Below, one piece after another: positions 23,992 to 35,440 of a stretch of DNA of 64,000 nt. This stretch comes from Chlorokybus atmophyticus. Taxonomy: Eukaryota > Plantae > Mesostigma and Chlorokybus algae. Below the pieces are notes generated by a model. The model was not told where the DNA came from. It saw nothing but the letters and a program-made list of their open reading frames with translations, and did not search any database. Positions within the stretch are counted from its first letter, which is position 1. Every line of letters starts with the position of its first letter. Location of the stretch: the NCBI GenBank assembly GCA_009103225.1, contig RHPI01001517.1, positions 325,571 through 389,570 of the forward strand. Reading direction: 5' to 3'. Made by a program: the position numbers and the translations under genes.

Positions 23992-26900
23992 ATGGCGACC
24001 AGCTATGACAAGGTGAACATTGAGCCACTGGACCTCGACAACTATGGGACATGGAGCATCCGGATGCAGATGCTACTCATGCACAAGGATCTATGGTCAG
24101 TGGTGGATCCCACAGAGCGCCCTCTCAACACGGAGGACGCACCCACAAAAAGAAGGTCAAATCAGGCACTTGCTTTGATAGGATTGAATGTAGTACAGCA
24201 TCACTTAGCGCTTGTTGCATGTTGCAAGTCTGCTAGAGAGTTGTGCCAGAAGTTTGCTGAGGTTTACAAGGCTAAGAACAATGCTAGGAAGTTGCAGTTG
24301 AGGAAGCAGTTGAATGCTTTGAGGAAGGATGTTGCTGAACCTGTCATCAAGTTCATCTCACGAGCCAGGCAGCTGTGGGACGACTTGCTTGCCATTGGAC
24401 ATGAAGTGAAGGAGGTGGAGGTGGTCTGGGTCATCCTTGCTGGCTTGCCCAAGGAGTTCGACATGACTGTCACCATTATGGAGTCAACCAGTGAGGAGCT
24501 CACCCTCGAGGCCATCACCCCACGCCTACTTCAAGTCGAGCAACGAGCATCCACTTCACGCCAGGACGAGGCTGAAGCTGTGGCATTCGCGGCACAATCC
24601 AATCCACGCCCCAACAACAACAACGGTGGTGGGAAGAAGGAGACGCGTACAAGCCACTACTGCGACAAGAAGGGACACCTGAAGAAGGACTGTCGAAAGT
24701 TGAAGCGCGATCAGCAACATAAACAAGGTTCTGATAGACAAGCTGTAGCACTTGCTGATAGCACCACTGCTATCGAAAGCGCTTGGTTGTTTGATTCTGC
24801 GTGCACACAGCATATGACCCCACACAGACATGAGTTCCAGGAATATCATGCTCTGAGCGATGCTGCTGGTGTGAAAGTGAGCTTTGGCAACAAGCTGCAC
24901 TTGCAAGCTGTGGGAGTGGGCACCGTTATGCTACACACTGTGGTGGCGGGCGCTACACACGAAGTGGCCCTGAAGGAGGTGATCCATGTGCCAGGATTAG
25001 CTTCCAGCCTGTTCTCCGTTCGAAGAGCTACAAGCGCAGGCGCTAAAGTTGACTTCACTGCTCAGAAGTGTCAAGTCAAGGTGAACAACATTGTTGTTGT
25101 AGAGGGCACATTGCGAGAGAGCTTGTACTGCATCACACTGGATTGGCAGCATGCTTTGTCTGCGACAGTCACTGCATCGGACACAGCTCATTTTTGGCAC
25201 CGAAGACTTGGACATATTGGATGGGACAACCTGGCAAGACTGGTGGCTAAGGACATGGTGGAAGGGATCAACATCAAAGCGGAGGACATCAAGGGAATAA
25301 AAGGTGATCTATGCGAGACGTGCGTGCTGAGGAAGATGCCTAGGCAGCCTTTTCCTACCTCTTCCCGCAACAGTACAGCACCCTTGCAGCTCGTGCACAT
25401 GGATGTGTGCGGTCCCATGCCAGTTGCGTCCACTGGAGGGAGTTGGTACGTTGCCACTTTCATAGATGACTTCAGCAAGCTGTCTGCTATCATTCCAGTT
25501 GCTGCGAAGTCGGATGTTGCTGCTGTAGTCAAGAGGACACTCACTCAGCTGGCTACACAAGCAAAGACAAAGGTGTTGGCGTTGAGAAGTGATCGAGGCT
25601 CTGAGTATCTCAACCACACCTTGAAGAGCTACCTGGATGAGCACGGCATTAAGCATGAGACTACTGCACCCTACACCCCTGAGCAAAACGGTGCTGCGGA
25701 GCGTCTCAACCACACGCTTGTGGAGCGCGTGCGTGCCATGCTTACAGAGACAAAGCTGGACAAAGCTTTGTGGGCTGAGGCGTTTGTCACGGCCAATTAC
25801 ATCCGCAACAGGTCACCTACGAGCAACAAAGCCAAGACCCCGTGGGAGTTGTTCTACGGTGCGAAGCCTGATGTGACGCACATGCGTATGTTTGGAGCCA
25901 ATGTGTATCCACACATCCCCAAGCAGCTAAGCAGGAAGCTTGAGAACGTGAGGGAGATGGGTGTCTTTTTCGGGTACGAGCCAAACTCCAAGGCGTACAG
26001 GATCTTGCTTGAGCACAGCAAGAAGATTGTGATTCGAAGGGATGTTGTCTTCAACGAGAAGATGGTGGTGACTTCACCAACAACACCTTCTACGCATGTG
26101 AACAATGACCTTGCTGAGGAGCCAGAGATCATCACCACACCATCTGCCAACGTGGAGGTTCCTAATGGTGCGCCACACCTTGAGGAGGACGAGATTGCAC
26201 CTGTGGATGAGCAGGAGAGGCGCTACCCTGTGAGAAACAGAGCGCCACCTCAATTTTACCAAAGGTTCCAGGCCATGAGCGCTGAAACCACTGAGGAGAA
26301 GGAGCCAAGCACCTACCATGAGGCCAATACAGCTCCAGATGCTGAGTTGTGGCGCAAGGCCATGGATGAGGAGATTGCTTCGCTACACGCCAACAAGACT
26401 TGGGTACTTGAGCAGGTTCCACAAGGCGTCAAGCCTATACCTGTCACGTGGGTGTACAAGATCAAGCGTGACGGCAAGGGCAACATTGAGCGCTACAAGG
26501 CGCGACTTGTGGCAAAGAGCTTCCTTCAGGAGGAGGGCGTTGACTACAAGGAGGTGTTAGCACCGGCTAGTAAGCACACAACCTTCAGGGCGTTACTTGC
26601 AAAGGTTGCTGTAGAGGACTTGGAGCTGCACCACATGGACGTGAAGACTGCTTTTCTCTATGGAGAGTTGGATGAGCAGATCTATGTGCAGCAGCCTCAA
26701 GGTTACGAGGAGGGAGGCTCAGAAAAGGCTTGCTTGCTACATAAGGCTCTTTATGGGCTTAAGCAAGCACCAAGAGTCTGGCACATTCGGCTCAGCAAGG
26801 AGCTAGAGAAGATGGGCGTTCAGCAGTCATCATCAGATTCCGGGCTCTTCATCAGTGAAGACGGCCAAGTGTGGTTGCTGGTGTATGTGGACGACATCAT

Positions 26901-27840
26901 CTTGGCATCAAACGACACTGCAGCGATGTCACACATCAAGGTGACACTGCAATCTGCTTTTGAGATTCGAGATCTTGGCGATGCACGCTTGTTTCACGGC
27001 ATTGTCATCACCAGAGACAAAGTTGCAAGGACAATCAAGATCACCCAGAAGCAAATGGTTTTGGATGTACTCAAGAAGTTCAAGTTGCAAGACGCCAAGG
27101 GCAAGGCAACACCACTGAGCGTGGGAGTACATCTACTCAAGGCATAGGACACTACCACTGTGCTTGACAAGGCTACATATCCATATGGTGAGCTAGTTGG
27201 GAGCCTCATCTACTTGTCAATCAGCACGAGGCCTGATATCGCACAAGCCGTGGGAGTCTTGGCGAGACACATGTCAGCACCAACCATGGAGCACTGGAGG
27301 GCGGCAAAAGGAGTTCTTCGCTACCTTGGCAGCACCTTGAACGTGGGTATCACTTTTGGGAGGACAACAGACATTGCATTACAGGGTTATTGTGATGCGG
27401 ACTATGCGGGGGACCTCGACACAAAGAGGTCTACCACAGGATACACTTTCCTGATGGGAGGAGGCGTCGTCAGCTGGAACAGCCGACTACAGCCTACCGT
27501 TGCTGCATCAACCACTGAGGCCGAGTATATGGCGGCTTCATCTGCAGTAAAGGAAGCATTGTGGCTTCGCAAGCTTATTACTGACTTGGGACATGCACTC
27601 AGCTGTGTCACAATCCTTTGTGACAACCAGGGCGCACTCAAGATGAGTATGCACCCTATTACATCCACCAGGACAAAGCATATTGACATTATGCACGACA
27701 TGGTGAGAGAGAGAGTTGCACGTGGTGAAGTGGAGTTCAAGTATTGCAGTACAGAGGACATGCTAGCTGACTGCATGACCAAGCCACTTCCACCCAACAA
27801 GTTCAAAACCTGCTGCATCGGACTTGGAGTACAAGGTTAA
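23992..27840 (+). pseudogene. pol: Copia-A Gag-PR-IN-RT-RH polyprotein, one reading frame with a single in-frame TAG at 27145-27147
   Basis: WLFDSACTQHM (PR), HRRLGH/CETC with D-D-E motifs (HMDVCGP, RSDRGSEY, AAERLN), YVDDIIL (RT), YCDADYAG/TEAEY/CDNQGA (RNase H). ORFs 23971-27147 and 27160-27840 share a frame. Confidence 0.93.
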
Positions 27841-27856
27841 GTTGCTCGCGTGGGAG

Positions 27857-28241
27857 TGTTGAAGGAATGGAGTCAGCCATTATCTTCGTGTCACTTTTCT
27901 ACGATCAACTTATCTGTCAGCAGTTATGGTCAACGGCAGTTACAGCCGTTACAAGTCAACTCTGGTCAACCTTTGACTTTGACTAGTGGTTATGGAGGTT
28001 ACATGAGTTACGGGAGTTATGGAGGTTACGGGAGTTACGGTCAACTGCCGTTACAAGAGTCACGCTTTGACTTTGACCAGTGTGTACTAGTGTTGACGTT
28101 GACTAGTACCACTTATAGTTGACTAGTGTACTATATAAGCCACTGTGTGTTGCTTATTACAATGCATCCACTTTGCTCTGTTTCTTGGCGCCACACTTTG
28201 TGCATTGTGTGCTTAGCTTGCTACTGTGCAATCTCTCAACA
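27857..28241 (+). repeat. Copia-A 3' LTR
   Basis: tgttgaagg...tctcaaca followed by the TSD. Confidence 0.93.
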
Positions 28242-28246
28242 TTAAA

Positions 28247-29590
28247 CACCCTGAAGCTTCCTGATCCTGGGAAACAGGCATGCTTTACCACAATGAACGG
28301 CTGTACATTCTTGCAGAGCCGTATATGCGTGTTTGTTTTATGGAGGAAGCACACTCTTCTCCAAGTAGTGGGCACCAAGGCGTTGAGCGTACTACTGCCA
28401 CCTTACGCAAAAGCTTTTACTGGCCACAGATGCATAAAGACACTGTCGACTTTGTGGCTATCTGTGACGTTTGCTAACGCGTAAAGGCGTCAACCCAAAA
28501 GGCTGCTGGTCTACTTCAACCTCTTCCTGTATCACGTGCATTGTGGGAGACTGTTACCATGGACTTTATCTTTAGGTTGCCTCGTACCACTGCTGGCTAC
28601 GATGGCATACTTGTAGTTGTCGACAAGTCGAGTTAGATGGTGCGGCTAGTACCTTGCACATCTTCTTGTACTGCTCCTGAGATAGCGAAGATGTTTATGA
28701 AGCATGTGTTTAAACACCATGAACTTCCTAAGGTGATTGTGAGTGACAGAGACCCTCGATTTACTCGCAACTTCTGGCGTGCCTTGCACAAGGATCTCGG
28801 CACCAAGCTCAGCTTCAGCACTGCTTTTTACCCTCAGACGGACGGTCCGACAGACAGGGCTAATAGAGTTGAAGATACCCTTTGCTGCTTTGTCAGTACT
28901 CGGCAAAAGGATTGGGATGATTGGCTGGACATTGTGGAGTTCAGCATCAACAATAGGAAAAGTGCTTCTACAGGTGTGACCCCTTTCTTTCTCAACTATG
29001 GTCGTCACCCAAGCACTCCGTTGCTTCAATCTCTGCCTGCTGCTGAACCTATTGATGCTGTTTACCACTACTTGCGACAAGGAGCCGAAGTGTTAAAGCT
29101 TGTGCGCGACTCTGCATTGACAGCGCAAAACAGGCAGAAACAGCACGCAGACATTCATTGCCGAGAACTCTCCTTTGCAGTTGGTAATTGGGTGCTAGTG
29201 TCTGCTAAACATCTACCCCTGCTCACATTCATACAAAAGCTGTCAAACAGGTGGATTGGTCCCTTTCAAATCACAGAAGCGGTGTCGTTTGTTGCGTACA
29301 AAATGGAATTGCCACCAACTATGCGCGCACATCCAGTCTTTCATGTGAGCCTCTTGAAGCCTCATGTCGGTGAGCCTCCTGCACGCCCTCCTGCTGTTGT
29401 TGTTGACAACTCGCATGCGGAGTTCGAAGTTGCAGACATTTAAGATGATGCTGTACGCAAGGGCGTAAGACTGTATCTGGTCAAGTGGGTTGGCTACCCT
29501 GTATACGAGTCGACTTGAGAACCCGCAGAGCATCTAGCAAATGCCCCTGCCATCCTTAAGGGATATCATGCACGTCGTAGTGCAGCTTTA
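28247..29590 (+). pseudogene. pol: Gypsy-B integrase plus chromodomain
   Basis: GHQGVERT...CDVC, TVTMDFIFRLP, IVSDRDPRF, WIGPFQI, HPVFHVSLLKP; chromodomain EFEVADI*...YLVKWVGYPVYEST*EPAEHL. Confidence 0.92.
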
Positions 29591-29619
29591 AGGACGAAGC
29601 TTCTGTGAGCGGGAGGAGT

Positions 29620-30274
29620 TGTAACAAAGTTGGCATTACACTTGCTTTCAAGCTAAATTTCTAGCCTTTTACCCCAAAACAGCCATGTTTACCAGGTCTG
29701 ACGCGTTATGCTTTTATAAAGTCCCGGTTTGCCGGGTTAGTTCTAAATTAAGGGCGCGCGTTTGGAAGGTCACGCGAGCGTTATGCGCTGACATTTGACC
29801 ACCGTCGAAAGCTTCCATGCGCCGACGCAATTTTTACAGCTAATTTATGTGTTTCTGAGCATGTGTGCGCGGTGGAGTCAACATAGTTGACTTCTACAAT
29901 GATAGTGTAGCCTCTTATGTATATAAGTAGCTAGTATACTGCTATTAAAGAGGTTGGACCAAGTAGAAATTAAGTTAATGCTCTTGTTGTGGACGGTGTG
30001 TGCGTGCTCGTGTAGTTTGCATCCACGATGCGTGTGTGCGCGTGGGTGTGCTTTTGCTACAGCTCTTGCACGGACCGGACTGCCCCACAAGCTTTGAGGC
30101 GCCTACATTGCCCTCAAGGTGTTCAACCCCACGGTGCAAATACTGTTGTTGATTGATTGCGAGTAGGTGCACGTGTGATAGCGCCATTAGTGTGCTCAGT
30201 TGCATCCTATCTCGTTCATCAGGCTGGTAGCTCTGGTGAGGTGTTCAATCAGCATGAGCATGAGCATCGCTACA
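29620..30274 (+). repeat. Gypsy-B 3' LTR
   Basis: Preceded by the purine tract gggaggag; ends cgctaca followed by the TSD CTAGC. Confidence 0.93.
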
Positions 30275-30279
30275 CTAGC

Positions 30280-30670
30280 ATTGAACAAAGTGTTCAAGCA
30301 ATTCAGGTATGTGGAAGTGGCCAACAAGCACAGTTGGAAGGTGGTGGAACTGCAGGGCAACCCTTTCGCCACGGATGACATGGAGAAGAAGCGCGTTAAA
30401 AAGGCAATCAAGGAGGTGGCTGCGGCGCAGCCCAAGCCCAAGGCAAAGCCTGCCTATAATCCCAACAAGGGGCGGGGCCAATACCCCCCTCGCTACTGCG
30501 GGTCCTACGCATTCGGTGCGGGGCACATCAGCTACAAGACCGCTCCCATGCAGTCTCAAGCAGTTTCTACTGGGGGCCAACGTGATGCCCGCACTTGTTA
30601 CAATTGCGGGGAGCCTGGGCACCTGCGTGCTTATTGCCGTAAGGCCTCCGCTAACCGTGGGGTTCGGTAG
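30280..30670 (+). pseudogene. DIRS ORF1 3' part with CCHC zinc knuckle
   Basis: VANKHSWKVVELQGNPFATDDMEKKRVKKA...CYNCGEPGHLRAYC; colinear with 49380-49800 on the minus strand. Confidence 0.8.
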
Positions 30671-31781
30671 AACAGCTTGGTAGCTGTGGGGACATTGTGA
30701 TAGCCTAGCAGCTGTACACTTGTGTGCAATCGTTGCTGGTAACTTCGTTTGAGGTCTCGCACAACCCCTAAATGGGATGAAACTTTAAGTGCATCCTTGT
30801 AACGTAGTGACGCTCACGAAGAGCTATATAATGTGAAATTTGAACACGATTTGCTATGGTTGCACATTAATTGGTGCATAACTTTTGTGTAAGGCCGTTG
30901 TTGGAAAACTTTTGTCTTTCTTTGATTTTCTATTGGACGTCGCTTATCGGTGTGAGCGCTACGTAGCGCTTCGTTATTACACCTTAAACGTCCCCATCAG
31001 ACATTGTATGGAAAAATTACGACTAGTACAAAATGAGAGTGCATGCACTCAGTTATGGCACATATTGGGGGGCCGAAACAGGGGCAGCGTATACTGTGGC
31101 ACTTGACTGCACTGCAGTTGAGTCGGAGCTGGTGGAGGACTTGATGAAGCGTCATGAGTTTGCACGAGCACCTAGCAACTTGGTTGTGGAAGGTCCATAT
31201 ATGAGGCACCGCTTACGGGAGGTCTTGCCCGTATGGCGTGAGTTCTGTGAGTCTGCTATAGTCCTGTCATGGGTGGAGTATGGGTACAAGCTGCCGTGGG
31301 CTCAAAATCCACCGCCCGAATGGGCATTCACCAATCATGAGGGTGTGCATGAGTTTTCGGACTTCACTACAGCGGCCATTGCGAACTTGGTGCACAGTGG
31401 GGCTGCATAAGAGTGTGTCACACCCCCCCTCGTGATGAGCCCACTCGATGTGGTAGATAATGGCCGCAAGTTGCGCCTCATCATGGACTTGCGCTATGTC
31501 AACTCCTACTTGGTGAACACCCCGTTCAAGTATGAAGATGTGCGCAGCATTTTAGACTTGCTACAACCCGAGGATTGGTTGTTCTCCATGGACTTACAGT
31601 CTTAATACCATCATGTAAACATTCACCCCACCTTTTTGGGCTACTTGGGGTTCTCATTTGCGGGCAAAGTGTACAACATTTGCTCATTGCCATTTGGGTT
31701 GAGCACGGCTTGCTTTGCATTCACAATGGTTACGAAGCAGTCGGTGCGACGCTGGCGTGCGCAAGGCATCCGGGTGTTGCC

Positions 31782-32293
31782 TGTAACGGAAATGTACATT
31801 ACATCACCACATATCGACCATAAAAGCACCAAGTCTTTTGTGGTCGAGTGGGCTGTGACATTGGTCATCGGAGCTTGAGACCCGGGTTCGATTCCCGCCT
31901 TGCACACAAATTCCGCGGTCGTTGTTTCTCGATCTAATAACATCGTAAATGGTCACTTTATAAGTGCCATCATCGATGGATCGCGACTTGCCTAATGGCA
32001 GTCGCGCCGAACGACCAGTTCAGTCGGCGCGGCAGGGCGCGACCTGTGGGGCCGGCAGCAGTGCAATATGCGCGCGTTGACCGATATGGGCCAAAATTGG
32101 CCGGTCCTTGGGTAGTGGGGCCGGTGACCGACCCTAAATCAGACCCCTGGGAAGATTCCCCAGCTAACGAGCGCCTGCTGCCGAGGACGTCAGCGTTCTT
32201 AAGTGGGGGGGGGGGGGCCCGGAAAGGTACATTAAATCACCACAAATCGACCATAAAAGCACCAAGTCTTTTGTGGTCGAGTGGGCTGTGACA
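31782..32293 (+). mobile_element. 512-bp TRIM (miniature non-autonomous LTR element)
   Basis: 79-bp LTRs at 31782-31860 and 32215-32293, PBS-like tggtcatcggagc at 31862, G-rich PPT at 32201-32217, TSD ttgcc/gtgcc. The paralogous RT at ~43760 shows the empty site (VLPYIDDF). Confidence 0.88.
31841..31895 (+). promoter_or_regulatory. Putative type-2 RNA Pol III promoter (box A + box B)
   Basis: TGGTCGAGTGG (31841-31851) and GGTTCGATTCC (31885-31895), 44 nt start-to-start, matching tRNA gene spacing. Function is inferred. Confidence 0.6.
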
Positions 32294-33599
32294 GTGCCAT
32301 ACATCGACGACTTCCTCTTTGTTGCTCGTTCACGGACAGCGCATGCCTCCACCCTGGCTGTGGTGCAAGCAAATGCAGCATGGTGCGGGCTTGTGATCAA
32401 CACCAAGGCACAGACTGTACTCAACAAAGTTATTGTTTTCCTCGGCTTTGTGTGGGATACGCACGCTGGCACTAGTCGTGTCCCCGGCAAGAAGCGCGAA
32501 GATTTGCTCAGAGACTTGCAACGCGCATTTGGTGATAGGCGCCATGTGCCAGTAAAGTTGCTGGCCCGCATCTGTGGCAAGCTGCAATCTATGTTGGGTC
32601 TACCATAAAACTCATAACTTGGCATACACGCCGCCTAATTGAGACCCGCCGCTCATGGAGCTCTCACATAGTGCTACACCAACCTGAGATCACGCAATTA
32701 TTGTGGCTAAGAGACCACGTTGAGAAGCTTAACATGGCACCCATTTGGCCTACCGTGCAGCCGGACATAGTGCAATTTGTGGATGCTAGCGGCACTGGTT
32801 GGGGACTAGTGCGCCATGGCACAGCTACCCCCGTGGCGAAGGGCACAATCACACATAATGAGTGTTTGACTTCATCAACACATCGCGAATTATTGGGACT
32901 TGAGCGTGCCCTGGTCATTGTTGAGGAGGAGATATGGATGCACGGTGCTGTGCTATGACGATGCCCGCAATGTGTACTACAGTATGCGCAAAGGGGGCAG
33001 TGAGGCCGAGCACTTGCAGCAAGTGGCATGCCGTACTTTCTCTCTACATTGCCACCGGCATTGCATCCGCTTGCCTGTGGAGTGGTTATCACGTAAACTC
33101 AGCGAGGAGGCGGACGCGCTCTTCAAAGTACCGGATGTAAACGGTCGGACCTTGCAAACCCCATGGGTCCGCTTGCTCGCTCACAAGTTGGGCCCCTTTG
33201 ATGTGGACCGCTTTACCATGGATGCCGACACCGTGTGTGTGGCCTTCAACTCAGCATTGCCATGTCCGAGCTCATCCGGCAATGCCTTTTATCGTAACTG
33301 GAGTAATTGCAACAACTGGTGCCATCCCCCACCACACCAGGTCGGCGCTATTATGCGTCATGCCCGCGAATGCAAGGCTCGCATATGCCTCATTGTACCC
33401 AAGTGGACAACCCAAACTTGGTGGCCCGTGCTCTGCCCCGACGGTGTGTGGGCACCATTTGTCACAGACGTTGTGAGCCTGCCTAAAGGCCCAGCCTGTT
33501 TATGGCCCGCAAGTCACGGTACTTCAAGGGGGCTTGCCCGACAAGCGTATATGGGCATTGCGGATTGACTTGCGTCTTGGCCATTAACACGTGCTGTGT

Positions 33600-34620
33600 G
33601 CAGCTTCTATTAAGCGTAGCTCACAGTTGCTCATGCCCAACGCCCCCGGAGACTACGAGATTGAGCGCATGCGCACCTTAACCCAGCAATGGCAGCATCG
33701 TCACGTGTTACTAGCACCCAGCGGGGCCATGATGGCTACTAGCGACGCTTTGTGGAGTTCTGCACGCCTCGTGCTTGAGCTGCCCTGCCAGCAGACCCTG
33801 GCATAGTGGCCCTGTTTTTGATTAAGATTAAGATTAAGGTGTCGGTGGATTCCACCACCCCGGCACCTGTGAAACATGTCTCTTCGGCCATACATGCTGC
33901 TCATACTATGGCAGGCCACGCCTCTCCCACTGCGCACTCGTTGCGGTGGTGCGTGAGGCCGCTGCGAGGCTGCTACCATCAATCACGCGAAAGAAGGACG
34001 CCTACACGTATGAGCTGTTGCGAGCCATGGTCTCGCACTTTGCACGCAACGGGTTGGACTTGGTGGCCAGGTTGCAAATGGTGGCGGTGCTGCTGCGGTT
34101 TGCGGGTATGATGCGGTATTCCGACCTGGTGGAGGTCAACGCGCAAGACATTGAGTTTCGCCCAAGCCGCATGGATCTCATTATCTCGCGCAGCAAAACC
34201 AATCAACACGGTGTGGGCGCCACAGTGCACATAGTTGCTGTGGGCGGTTACTTGTGCCTGGTGATGAACACCGAAAAGTTGTTATTTGCCTCGAGACATT
34301 GGCACGCGGGACCAGGCAAGTTGCTGCGCTCCATCATCCGAGCAGGGGGGACGTGCTTTATATGCAACACTGTGGTGCCATACGGCACTATTTTTGGTTG
34401 GGAGAAGGCAGCCATTAAGGCGGCAGGGGAGGACCCCACGTGTTTTGGCTCACGCTCTGTTCATTCGGGAGCTGCGACCCTAGCCGTGAAGGCTGGTGTG
34501 CCCCAACTTCTGCGGCAGCAGTTTGGGCGCTGAAAGACTGCCACTACAGCTGAGAGCTATGTGCGCGCTGCTTTGCCTGAGTTGCACACACACTGACGAG
34601 GAGCCTCGGTTTGGGTGGTA
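33600..34620 (+). pseudogene. DIRS tyrosine recombinase (core ORF 33946-34533)
   Basis: FAGMMRYSDL (R), SRSKTNQ (K), GSRSVHSGAAT (degenerate HSxRxG), GR*KT...SYV (W to stop; Y). Confidence 0.85.
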
Positions 34621-34648
34621 CGTGCCCTCACTATTTATATACATACAG

Positions 34649-34725
34649 TATCGACCCATAGTGACCCCCCAGCATGAGCTGTGTGTCGCATATAACTTGT
34701 GTGTGAGTTATATGAGTTCAAGCGC
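34649..34725 (+). other. DIRS internal complementary region (ICR)
   Basis: Reverse complement of the first ~60 bp of segment A, fused to tatatgagttca, the complement of the element's right end. Confidence 0.7.
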
Positions 34726-35440
34726 GGCGTGGAAGGCTCCGTTATGGATTCAAGCTCGTGTCAAAAAATAGAACCACCCGCCTCCTTGACGTCGACTATG
34801 TCACACCGTTTTTCTCCTTCTTTTATTGGGCCTGCGAGGGGGAGGCGCCACGAGAAGCTCAAGAGCTACCAGTGGTAGAACCTGAAGAGAGCAGCTGCAT
34901 TGACCCGCGATTATTTGCAGCAGCCAAAGTTGCAAATGTCAATGGCGGAGGAGGCCCCTGCAAGTTGTGTGCAAGCGACGTCGTTGCGGATGGTGTCCTG
35001 TGCATTACTTCGCAGCGAGGAAGCCACAATAGGAGCAGCCTACTTATTATGCAGGTGCAGTTATTTATTCATGAATGATCAGGCGTGTCTGACCTATTGT
35101 TGCATACACAGCAGCTGCCCTCAATTGCTTGTCGGGTGCTATATGCTTGCCACTGACTTTCCGCATGAAGCATAGTCGTAACCCACCTCGGCAGAGACGC
35201 CTCATAGCCGGTGAGGTAAGAGGTGTCGGGAAAGAGAGTAAACGTGGGCCTCAACAGGGTGGGAGCAGCAAGCTGCTAGTGAGGTGAGGGGCGTGGGGAC
35301 TGGTGAGAAGGGGGGGGCGCCTAAGCGCGCCGCATGCCTCAAAGGGGAGGGAACAGAGATTGTGATGCTAGCGAAGCCTGCGCCACTACCACAAGACCAG
35401 CTCCAGAGCATCGTTTTAGCAGTGCGCCGGGAGCGTGAGA

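Larger units (their letters stand above)
23509..28241 (+). mobile_element. Ty1/Copia LTR retrotransposon (Copia-A), near intact, nested in Gypsy-B pol
   Basis: 385-bp LTRs at 23509-23893 and 27857-28241 (about 10 mismatches), TSD TTAAA at 23504-23508 and 28242-28246, PBS ggtcatgggccca, PPT-like gctcgcgtgggag. Confidence 0.96.
13368..30274 (+). mobile_element. Ty3/Gypsy chromovirus (Gypsy-B) with two nested elements
   Basis: LTRs 13368-14006 and 29620-30274 (TG...CA), 5-bp TSD CTAGC at 13363-13367 and 30275-30279, PBS, PPT, gag-pol and chromodomain. Confidence 0.95.
31033..33568 (+). pseudogene. DIRS ORF2: reverse transcriptase, RNase H and methyltransferase-like domain (split by the TRIM)
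   Basis: KLRLIMDLRYVN, SLPFGLSTAC, RVLP|YIDDFLF; RNase H FVDASGTGWG...STHRELLG...EEADAL; MT-like GPFDVDRF...FNS...NNWCHPPP...LIVPKWTTQTWWP. Confidence 0.88.

Noticed and set aside
31834-31910. tRNA gene
   Set aside because: Boxes A and B and a partial T-stem are present, but the acceptor and anticodon stems do not pair and the sequence is part of a TRIM.
34450-34475. Novel YR active site with H and R swapped (RSVH instead of HSxR)
   Set aside because: Both changes are single transitions (cac to cgc, cgt to cat) in a copy that also has a Trp-to-stop change, so decay is the simpler explanation.
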